Shown here one piece after another: positions 8,721 through 15,365 of a stretch of DNA of 16,588 nucleotides. The first letter of the stretch is position 1, and each line of letters opens with the position of its first letter. This DNA comes from an uncultured Pseudomonadota bacterium (GTDB taxonomy: Bacteria > Oederibacteriota > Muellerivitia > Muellerivitales > Muellerivitaceae). A program made the translations under genes and the position numbers. Location: the NCBI GenBank assembly GCA_963770835.1, contig CAVYRH010000017.1:1-16588 (forward strand). Reading direction: 5' to 3'. A model generated the notes under the pieces. That model was not told the origin of the DNA, did not search any database, and saw only the letters and a program-made list of their open reading frames with translations.

Positions 8721-9210
8721 TTAAACCAAAAGCCCTGCGGTACGGAAGGAAAAATGTCCTTCGTGGGTGACGATTAAATGGTCGTGAACGGTGATGCCCA
8801 AGGCACGGGCGGCGGTGATGATTTGGCGGGTCAATTGCTTTGTCCCCTTCGGAAGGTTCAAGGCTTCCGGCTGGGTGATTGTGGGAAAATATGATGCCCG
8901 TGGCGTTTAACTCCAAAGCTTTTTTTAGTACCTCTCTTGGATAAACGGCGGTATGGTCAACCGTTCCTTCGCTGTTCAAAACCGTTTCTAAAACATGGTT
9001 GCGGTGGTCGAGGTACATGGTGACAAAAGCCTCTTTGTCCCTGCCTCCGATGTATTTGGCAAAATAGGCCACTACATCATCCGGGCTTGTTACAACCGGG
9101 CCTCTCTCGTAATCGGCCCTTGCTTCGGACCATGAAACCGGGGGAACCGTGGGGGGAATTTTGAACATCACTTCCAAAGGCATTTCTAACTGCTTGATTC
9201 TCTTGCTCAT
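8721..9210 (-). pseudogene. radC: RadC-like JAB/MPN domain protein with a 1-base frameshift (real or sequencing error)
   Basis: EAF..YLD..N, GTVDHTAVYPREV, HNHPAGSLEPSEGD. Removing one T at 8839-8841 restores KQLTRQIITAARALGITVHDHLIV..HFSFRTAGLLV and a stop at 8721-8723. Confidence 0.88.
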
Positions 9211-9227
9211 TTTGAACGCTCCGCTTT

Positions 9228-9573
9228 TTTATTAGAGGAGAGAGCACCCTCCGGGTGCGCCCCCTCAAAAATCCTTGGGGGCGCATACGGAGCGAGTAAG
9301 GTGTTTGTGTTGGGGCAAATCAATGTCGGCGGGTCCTGCGCTTTGGTGTTAGCAGACCGGGAAAATTCCCAAACAGGTTTTGGGCCGAAAGACGAGGAAC
9401 GAGGCGTGGCCCGTTTGGGAATTTAGGCGCTGACCGATCCCGGCGGCGATAGCCGCCCGTCGATTTGGTTTGCTTCCACTATGTCTTTCGTTTCTGGGGT
9501 TGCCAGGGGTCACTGTCCCTTGGCTAGGGTGGGGATAAAGGGGAGGGTCTTTTCCCTCCCCCTGGGGGGTTCC
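9228..9573. repeat. Long structured non-coding leader, copy A, upstream of radC
   Basis: Collinear homology with 11576-11975; several hairpins conserved in position. Confidence 0.8.
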
Positions 9574-9738
9574 GGGGGATGGCTCGAACGAGCCCACCGC
9601 CCGGGCTAGGGTGGGCACCTGGCCCGTCGCTTTCAAAGCGAGGGCCTCGCAGTGGTGGTGCAAACAGCATTGAAGCTGTTTGCAAAAGGGTAGGGGTACT
9701 TCCCTTCCCTGCTTTTATGATTTTCGAGGCGCGGCAAA

Positions 9739-9789
9739 GGGAAGGTTACACGGCCAAAGGCCGGCGAACCTTCCTCAATCCCGATAGGG
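9739..9789. repeat. 51-bp exact direct repeat, copy 2
   Basis: Identical to 7815-7865. Confidence 0.9.
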
Positions 9790-9812
9790 GCCGCACCGAG
9801 ACAAAGAACACC
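9776..9812. repeat. 37-bp direct repeat flanking the addiction module, left copy
   Basis: CAATCCCGATAGGGGCCGCACCGAGACAAAGAACACC, one mismatch to 10586-10622. Confidence 0.9.
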
Positions 9813-9819
9813 TTAAAAC

Positions 9820-9856
9820 AAAAAAAGCCCCAACCGGTACAGAACCGGGGGGCTTT
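9820..9856 (-). terminator. Rho-independent terminator after the antitoxin gene
   Basis: AAAGCCCC(AA)CCGGT..ACCGGGGGGCTTT imperfect stem with a T7 tract on the minus strand. Confidence 0.65.
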
Positions 9857-9877
9857 ACATTTGAATTAGTTTTTTAT

Positions 9878-10195
9878 TTAGGCACTCTTTTTCCCGCGGG
9901 CGAGTTCCCTTTCAAATAGAATCCGCACCCCGAAAGCGTGAAGAACCTTTTCTAAACTCGAAAGGGTGGGATTTCCCTTCTCGGAAAGCATCGTGTAAAG
10001 GGATTCCCTCGCAAGTTGTGTTTCCTTGGAAAGCTTTTTCATCCCGCCTAGGGCGTCGGCCACGTTCTTCAATGCCTTCAAAAAGTATTTAAAATCTCCG
10101 GTTTCCCAAGCGGCGTTTATGTATCGGACCCGTGTTTTAAGGTCTTGAAGTTCTTCAAACAAATAACTTTTATGGTCAATCAATCCAAATTTCAT
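9878..10195 (-). CDS. Addiction module antidote, HTH antitoxin (HigA-like)
   Basis: 105 aa. FLKALKNVADALGGMKKLSKETQLARESLYTMLSEKGNPTLSSLEKVLHAFG; 4-bp overlap with the upstream toxin. Confidence 0.9.
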   Translation of the reverse strand: MKFGLIDHKSYLFEELQDLKTRVRYINAAWETGDFKYFLKALKNVADALGGMKKLSKETQLARESLYTMLSEKGNPTLSSLEKVLHAFGVRILFERELARGKKSA

Positions 10196-10530
10196 TTCAC
10201 GCTCCCTTTAAAAGCCGCCCATAGCTTGGTGGCTTTCTTTGTGTCATTATCCTGATTGTCTTTTTCTCCCCCACAAACCACGACGATGATGGCTCCCTTA
10301 TGATAGCCGTAATAAACCCGGAAACCTCTTCCGTAATGAATCCTTAATTCCCAAAGGCCCCCGGTCTTTGGCAGGTCGTGATGATCGCCAAAATTCCCGT
10401 CCTCCATCCGGTCAACCGCCATCCGTATAAGGTCCTTGGCGGTTTCGTCCTTTAAGCGGCGGTGCCACTCCTTGTATAAAACCTTACCGTCTACCTCCAA
10501 ATATTTAACTACAAAGGGGTGGTTTTCCAT
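10192..10530 (-). CDS. Addiction module killer, RelE/ParE-superfamily toxin (HigB-like)
   Basis: GNFGD, GGLWELRIHYGRGFRVYY and CGGEKDNQDND motifs; toxin-first order; start set at MENHPF just below the promoter. Confidence 0.9.
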   Translation of the reverse strand: MENHPFVVKYLEVDGKVLYKEWHRRLKDETAKDLIRMAVDRMEDGNFGDHHDLPKTGGLWELRIHYGRGFRVYYGYHKGAIIVVVCGGEKDNQDNDTKKATKLWAAFKGSVK

Positions 10531-10540
10531 GCCTGAACCT

Positions 10541-10569
10541 AGTGTAATATTTATATTACTCATTGTCAA
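10541..10569 (-). promoter_or_regulatory. Promoter and operator of the addiction module
   Basis: Minus strand TTGACA-17 bp-TACACT; inverted repeat GTAATAT-TT-ATATTAC at 10544-10559. Confidence 0.72.
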
Positions 10570-10585
10570 ATCTTCCTTTCGAAAA

Positions 10586-10622
10586 CAATCCCGAAAGGGG
10601 CCGCACCGAGACAAAGAACACC
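10586..10622. repeat. 37-bp direct repeat flanking the addiction module, right copy
   Basis: CAATCCCGAAAGGGGCCGCACCGAGACAAAGAACACC. Confidence 0.9.
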
Positions 10623-10624
10623 CC

Positions 10625-10660
10625 AAAAAAAGCCCCCCGGTTTGAAACCGGGGGGCTTTT
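10625..10660 (-). terminator. Rho-independent terminator after ardC, possibly bidirectional
   Basis: AAAAGCCCCCCGGTTT-G-AAACCGGGGGGCTTTT perfect inverted repeat with A/T tracts on both sides. Confidence 0.82.
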
Positions 10661-10684
10661 CTTCCTGAAAGGATGGAGCTGTTA

Positions 10685-11557
10685 TTAAGCGGCTTCCTCC
10701 TTCTTTTCAAATTTCACGCCTAAGATAAAGTCGGCTGCGGATTGGGCGAGTGATGCCGCCCGGAAAATGGCGCGGGTGTCATCCTTTAAAACCTTGATCC
10801 AGTTTTGGACATAGGCGGCGTGTTGGGTGTCGTATTCGTAGCCGACATGCCCAGCCAAGAAAGCCCCGCCTATTTCGGCGACAAGTTCCTCGAAGGCATA
10901 ATCAACTGAACCGAAAACCAGGGACTGCTTGCGGTTAAGCCGTTTTGGGTGGCCGCTCCAGTGCGTCAGCTCATGGTAACTCGTGGAAAAAAATTTCTCC
11001 TCCGTCTTGAAGGAATTGCGAGGGGGCAGGTTGATATAGTCCAAAGTTGGGGAGTAAAAAGCCTTGTCGGGGTTTTCCTCCACGATCTTCGCCCCGGATT
11101 GGGTGAGGATGCGCTCGGCCTCCTCGTTCTTGTTGAAAGGCTTTTCCTCGGCGCTCTTGGGCCGCAAGTGGTCAAGTCCCTCGGTCTGGTCAAGGTTGAA
11201 AACCGTAAAATATTTTAGGTATTTGATGACCTTCTTTTCAAAGTCCCCTTCCGCTTTTTCCTCCTTCACCGTTAAGGGCTTGAAGAAAATGACCTCAACC
11301 CCCTTGGCCCCGGCCTTGATGTTGCCTCCCGCTGTTTTGGCCTGTTGGTAGGTGAGCCAAGAGTTACAGGAAAAACCCTGATGGCTCGCAACCGAGGTAA
11401 GCCAAATGACATTCACCCCCCGGTAAGCCTTCCGGGTGGCGGCGTTCTTGGGGAAGTTCCCGGTTTTGATCCAGGGCGTTTCCCAAAAAAGATTTCCTTT
11501 CTCCATGTCCTCCAAAATTTGCTTGGTGATTTTCTCCATCAAATCGTTTGTTTTCAT
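10685..11557 (-). CDS. ardC: ArdC-family anti-restriction / ssDNA-binding protein (DUF1738 plus zincin-like domain)
   Basis: 290 aa. WETPW, YRGVN, WLTYQQA, FTVFNLDQTEG, AFYSPTLDYINLP, HELTHWSGH, YAFEELVAEIG and YVQNWIKVL motifs. Confidence 0.93.
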   Translation of the reverse strand: MKTNDLMEKITKQILEDMEKGNLFWETPWIKTGNFPKNAATRKAYRGVNVIWLTSVASHQGFSCNSWLTYQQAKTAGGNIKAGAKGVEVIFFKPLTVKEEKAEGDFEKKVIKYLKYFTVFNLDQTEGLDHLRPKSAEEKPFNKNEEAERILTQSGAKIVEENPDKAFYSPTLDYINLPPRNSFKTEEKFFSTSYHELTHWSGHPKRLNRKQSLVFGSVDYAFEELVAEIGGAFLAGHVGYEYDTQHAAYVQNWIKVLKDDTRAIFRAASLAQSAADFILGVKFEKKEEAA

Positions 11558-11575
11558 CTGGCCTGCTCCCTTTGA

Positions 11576-11975
11576 TTTATTAGAGGAGAGCCGCCCTCCG
11601 GGTGGGCCCCCTCAAAAATCCTTGGGGGCCCAAACGGAGCGAAAGAGGTGTTGTTTATGGAAAACCGAAGACCGGGGGTTGTGCGCTTTTCGGTTTTAAG
11701 CAAACGGGGATTTCTCTCCCCTGGCCTTGCTGGCCGGATAAGACGACAGAGGAGTCCCGGCCAAGGGGAGAGAAAAGGCGCTGACCGGTCCCCGCGACGA
11801 AGTCGCCCACGGATTTGGTTTTCTTCGAGAATGTTCTTTGCGGGTTTCAGGGGGGTACATAGGGGGAATTTCCCCTATGAGCGAAGCAAGGGGGTGTGGG
11901 GGATCGTGGGGTCACTTCCCGCCGGGCTAGGGATGGGAAAAGGGAAGGGTCTGTTCCCTTCCCTTGGGGGGTCCC
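11576..11975. repeat. Long structured non-coding leader, copy B, upstream of ardC
   Basis: Collinear homology with 9228-9573. Confidence 0.8.
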
Positions 11976-12077
11976 CACCCGGGCCAGGGCGGGTGAAGGG
12001 CAGGGGTAATTCCCTGCGGAAGGAAAAGTCAAAGAAGATAATCGTTTCCTAAAAAATCTGGTCTTAGAGGAGAGGAA

Positions 12078-12905
12078 ATGATAAATACCCCAAAAAAATC
12101 CATCCAAGCGGTTCTTTATGTCCGTGTTTCTTCGAAGGAACAGGAAAAAGGGGGCTTCTCCATCCCAGCTCAATTGAGATTGCTTCGGCAATATGGGCAA
12201 ACCCAAGGGTTTACCATTTTGAAAGAGTTCCAGGATGTGGAAACCGCCAAGCGATCCGGGCGGGAAGGCTTTGGGGAAATGGTCAATTTTCTTTTAAAAA
12301 ATTCGAGCTGCAAATATTTGTTAGTCGAGAAAACAGACCGCTTGTACAGAAATTTTAAGGATTATGTTTCTTTAGAAGATATGGATGTGGAGATCCACCT
12401 GGTCAAGGAAGGGTCCATCGTCTCGAATAATTCCAAATCGGCGGAAAAGTTCATCCACGGCATTAAGGTCTTAATGGCCAAGAACTATATTGATAACCTC
12501 TCCGAGGAAACGCGAAAAGGAATGACCGAAAAGGCGGCGCAAGGCATTTGGCCTACCGCTGCCCCTCTAGGTTACAAGAACATCACCGGTCGCAACGGCA
12601 AGAGAACCATAAAGCCAGTTCCCAAAATGAGCAGGATGATTCAATCACTGTATAAGGACTATTCGAAAGGTTGTTTTTCCCTCAATGAATTAACAAAAAG
12701 GTACTGGAAAAAGGGATTGGTGGTCCGCAAAAACAAAAGGAACCTGTCCAAGAGTTCCGTTTATAAAATCCTGACCAACCGGATGTATACGGGGTATTTC
12801 AAGTGGAGGGGGATCCTTTACCGTGGAAAGTACAAGCCCATCATTCCGCAAAAGCTTTGGGATAAAACCCAAAAGGTTTTGGGAAAACATTTCCGAATAC
12901 GATAG
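12078..12905 (+). CDS. Serine recombinase (resolvase catalytic domain plus recombinase DNA-binding domain, no zinc ribbon)
   Basis: 275 aa. YVRVSSKEQ catalytic Ser motif, S..AQ, VEKTDRLYRN, LSEETRKGM, APLGY, ILTNRMYTG, PII..LW; GAGGAG RBS. Confidence 0.92.
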   Translation: MINTPKKSIQAVLYVRVSSKEQEKGGFSIPAQLRLLRQYGQTQGFTILKEFQDVETAKRSGREGFGEMVNFLLKNSSCKYLLVEKTDRLYRNFKDYVSLEDMDVEIHLVKEGSIVSNNSKSAEKFIHGIKVLMAKNYIDNLSEETRKGMTEKAAQGIWPTAAPLGYKNITGRNGKRTIKPVPKMSRMIQSLYKDYSKGCFSLNELTKRYWKKGLVVRKNKRNLSKSSVYKILTNRMYTGYFKWRGILYRGKYKPIIPQKLWDKTQKVLGKHFRIR

Positions 12906-12919
12906 TCAGTAGTACTGAC

Positions 12920-12947
12920 TGTTCACTTTGGGTCCCCGTCGTGGACA
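12920..12947. repeat. 28-bp palindromic inter-module site, copy 4 (degenerate left arm, beside the recombinase)
   Basis: TGTTCACTTTGGG-TC-CCCGTCGTGGACA. Confidence 0.88.
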
Positions 12948-12961
12948 GCTGTTTTCGTTGA

Positions 12962-13246
12962 TTAATGGACGGCCAGATGGTGGCGTTTCTTCTTAGCCAA
13001 GTAGTGCTGGTCCAACCCCTGGCGAAGGATCGATTTGATCACTGCTTGCCGGCTAACATTCATTTCGCGAACTAATCCGTCTAATTCCTTAAGCATGTTT
13101 TCCGCAAAATCCACGTTAACTCTGCGGATGGCCGGCATCATTTTTCCGTGGTTCGTGAAATGTTTTGAAACATCCTCCCCCTTGTCTGCCATTTGAGCGA
13201 TTTTTTCCGCCGTTGGGGCAGCTTTTGATTTATGAATGCTTTTCAT
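12962..13246 (-). CDS. CopG/RHH antitoxin, BrnA-type
   Basis: Start set at MKSIHK (94 aa); RRVNVDF..ELD...NVSRQAVIK RHH motif; overlaps the BrnT stop. Confidence 0.82.
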   Translation of the reverse strand: MKSIHKSKAAPTAEKIAQMADKGEDVSKHFTNHGKMMPAIRRVNVDFAENMLKELDGLVREMNVSRQAVIKSILRQGLDQHYLAKKKRHHLAVH

Positions 13247-13508
13247 ATAGCTTCCTTTCTTCCTTGGTGGATTTCCAGAGAGTGACCAGGTGAAGGTATT
13301 CCCCCTCCCTGTCATACCTCTCTTCATAGATCACCGTATAAAGCCTATCCCCAACCCAACCAATAGCCCGCCATTGCTCCGGCACCTCGGATCGTTGATC
13401 CAAGTAGTAAGGGCTTTCCCAGAGTACCTGAACTTCCTCAAAACCGATTCCCCGTGTGGGGTTCCGGCGGAGACTATTGCTCTTTTTAGCATCGAACTTA
13501 AAACGCAT
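13230..13508 (-). CDS. BrnT-family ribonuclease toxin
   Basis: 92 aa. F.FD..K..., GIGFEE, RAIG, TVIYEER and KEERKLYE motifs. Confidence 0.85.
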   Translation of the reverse strand: MRFKFDAKKSNSLRRNPTRGIGFEEVQVLWESPYYLDQRSEVPEQWRAIGWVGDRLYTVIYEERYDREGEYLHLVTLWKSTKEERKLYEKHS

Positions 13509-13519
13509 CTAGGCTCCAT

Positions 13520-13556
13520 GTATAACTGTTATACCATCAATAATTTGATATCGCAA
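13520..13556 (-). promoter_or_regulatory. Promoter and operator of the BrnT/BrnA module
   Basis: Minus strand TTGCGA-17 bp-TATAAC; palindrome GTATAAC-T-GTTATAC at 13520-13534 over the -10. Confidence 0.7.
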
Positions 13557-13580
13557 GAAGGTTAATATTGTGAAATTTGC

Positions 13581-13608
13581 TGTCCACGACGGGTCCCCGT
13601 CGTGGACA
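13581..13608. repeat. 28-bp palindromic inter-module site, copy 5 (perfect)
   Basis: TGTCCACGACGGG-TC-CCCGTCGTGGACA. Confidence 0.95.
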
Positions 13609-13682
13609 ATAAACTTACTCGATTTTACCCATCAAGAATTGTTGGTGGCGAGTTCACCTAACATTTGTAGAGTCCAAACGAT

Positions 13683-14546
13683 CTATTTCTTATTTTTCAA
13701 AGCAGAAATATAAGGGTCCGTTTTCAATTTATTTTTAATTACTTCGTAAACACCGCCATCCACATCTTTTAGTTTATTAACGATCTGATCAGCCTCATCC
13801 CCCTTGAATATCCCGTAAAATTTATCCCATCCCTCCTTCATGCGGCCTTGATACCAATATAAAGTGGCGACTTTGCAAGCGTCATCTAGTATCCCATCCT
13901 GGCACTTGTCCCCCTTTAATTTTTCGAGCTCTTGGTCAAAAAACTTGGGAAACTTATCGTTTGCGGGAACATATTTTCGGATTTTCAGGTCATAAGCGAA
14001 AATGAGTTTTGGAACAACGCAAGAACCAAAGGCACCCAATAGATGCTTCCAAGGATCTGATAAATCGATTATTTCGACGTTCCCGTCGCCATTAATATCC
14101 TCCAACTCAAAATAACCCGCTCCCAACTGTCCGAAATCCCTGCCGCTGAATAAAACCGTCATTTCTTTTCCGAGGTTCAAAAACAGATAATCGCCGCCGC
14201 CATTCGCGCCTCCACCCCACCAACTGAGGACCAATTGGGTATCGGGGCCGGGGAATAACTTCCCGACTTGGATTTTGTTCCATTCCCGGCTCTGGTCATC
14301 CGTCCAGTCCGGATAGCTTTTCATCGCCATCCCCCAATAGGATTCGAGCACTTTTCCATTCTTTTTTACTTGGATTAAGATTGGATCTCCATAATCATCG
14401 GGATCGGTTGGCTTTGGTTTCAAATTGCGAACAATTTCATATTCCCCTATTTTTAAGTCATCACTTTTTATAACTTTGACTTCCGAACTAAAGAGTTCCG
14501 TCGGGAGAAGTATTAAAAAAAATATTCCAATTAATACTTTTTTCAT
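13683..14546 (-). CDS. Secreted hypothetical protein with one FG-GAP/EF-hand-like DxNGDG loop
   Basis: Start reassigned to MKKVLIGIFFLILLP (signal peptide; 287 aa); EDINGDGNVEI motif; sole gene between sites 5 and 6. Confidence 0.78.
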   Translation of the reverse strand: MKKVLIGIFFLILLPTELFSSEVKVIKSDDLKIGEYEIVRNLKPKPTDPDDYGDPILIQVKKNGKVLESYWGMAMKSYPDWTDDQSREWNKIQVGKLFPGPDTQLVLSWWGGGANGGGDYLFLNLGKEMTVLFSGRDFGQLGAGYFELEDINGDGNVEIIDLSDPWKHLLGAFGSCVVPKLIFAYDLKIRKYVPANDKFPKFFDQELEKLKGDKCQDGILDDACKVATLYWYQGRMKEGWDKFYGIFKGDEADQIVNKLKDVDGGVYEVIKNKLKTDPYISALKNKK

Positions 14547-14571
14547 CGTTGTATACCTTTCCAAAACTGTT

Positions 14572-14599
14572 TGTCCACGACGGGTCCCCATCGTGGAGA
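14572..14599. repeat. 28-bp palindromic inter-module site, copy 6
   Basis: TGTCCACGACGGG-TC-CCCATCGTGGAGA. Confidence 0.92.
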
Positions 14600-14617
14600 A
14601 GAAATACCGACTGCGTG

Positions 14618-15016
14618 TTAAAAGATTTGAACTTCCTTGATAACCCTGGCCATGTGGTTGAAATCCGCGTCATTATGCAAAAGCTGTAGCTTGTGCTCAA
14701 TCGCAACCTGGCAGATCAGGCAGTCTATGGAACTGCGGGGCGTAACACCTTTTTCCCGGCAGCGGAAATAAATCCGCGCCGCTTGGGCGTAGGATTCCAG
14801 GCCCCGCGTAACTCCATAAATGATTTGGGTATCCAGGTATTCCCGGAGATTCCGGAAATCTTTCTCGGAGGAAGCGCCCTGGAGGATTTCCTGATAGACG
14901 TGTTCGGTGATCCCATAGGGAACCCTGCGATCCAAAATCCCCTCAAACCGGTCCACTGCGGCGTTCCGCCGTTCCCTTAGGAAATCAATAAGAACCGACG
15001 TATCCACGAGGATCAA
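14618..15016 (-). CDS. vapC: VapC PIN-domain toxin
   Basis: 132 aa. MILVDTSVLID, EILQG, SSIDCLI and LLHNDADF PIN motifs. Confidence 0.93.
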   Translation of the reverse strand: MILVDTSVLIDFLRERRNAAVDRFEGILDRRVPYGITEHVYQEILQGASSEKDFRNLREYLDTQIIYGVTRGLESYAQAARIYFRCREKGVTPRSSIDCLICQVAIEHKLQLLHNDADFNHMARVIKEVQIF

Positions 15017-15219
15017 GAGCCGTGACTTACACGAAGCATTTTGTGGTCGTACCCTTTTCGAAAATGGACCTTGCCCTTCAGGTCCCGCAAATCGCGCCGG
15101 CCATGATGGGCCACGAATTCCCGCAAGGCGACCTCAAAAAGTTCTTTTTTTGTTTTAGCCCCTGAAAAGCGAAGGGCTTTTTGAACCAAGTCATCATCCA
15201 ACACAACATTCGTGCGCAT
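15013..15219 (-). CDS. vapB: VapB antitoxin
   Basis: Start set at MRTNVVLDDDLV..A....G.KTKKE (68 aa); AAGGAGG RBS; 4-bp overlap with vapC. Confidence 0.9.
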   Translation of the reverse strand: MRTNVVLDDDLVQKALRFSGAKTKKELFEVALREFVAHHGRRDLRDLKGKVHFRKGYDHKMLRVSHGS

Positions 15220-15235
15220 TTTTATACACCTCCTT

Positions 15236-15272
15236 ATACACCATCCTAGTGTATCGAAAGCCCGCCCGTCAA
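15236..15272 (-). promoter_or_regulatory. Putative vapBC promoter and operator
   Basis: Minus strand TTGACG-18 bp-TAGGAT; inverted repeat ATACAC-N7-GTGTAT at 15236-15254 straddling the -10. Confidence 0.55.
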
Positions 15273-15365
15273 CGAACGTTGTCCGTTCCATCGGGGCTTA
15301 ATCATTTCACCCTGAGCGGCTAACAGGCCCTGGTAGCCCAAAGTCAAATAATCAGTACCACTGAT

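Noticed and set aside
9739..9812. Repeat as a known riboswitch or tRNA fragment
   Set aside because: I could not match it by eye to c-di-GMP, SAM, TPP or tRNA consensus features; an Rfam search is needed.
9349..9869. Short ORFs within the structured leaders (also 11602-12206)
   Set aside because: Pro/Gly/Arg-rich translations of GC hairpins; frames are not conserved between the two leader copies.
13581..13608. Repeats as terminators or RAYT-associated REP elements
   Set aside because: No U-tract, no GTAG-type foot, no RAYT in the window, and several copies have stem-breaking changes while the core stays fixed. Disfavoured, but not fully excluded without a genome-wide scan.
14547..14591. ORF-track N-terminal extension of the 302-aa ORF (likewise the extensions of vapB, the BrnA-type gene, the HigB-like gene and the 169-aa ORF)
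   Set aside because: The extensions run through a repeat site, promoter, terminator or neighbouring gene. Downstream ATGs fit better with RBS or promoter position and family N-termini.
15280..15300. Possible eighth degenerate site (TGTCCGTTCCATCGGGG)
   Set aside because: Only the first 5 bases match; no GGGTCCCC core or right arm.
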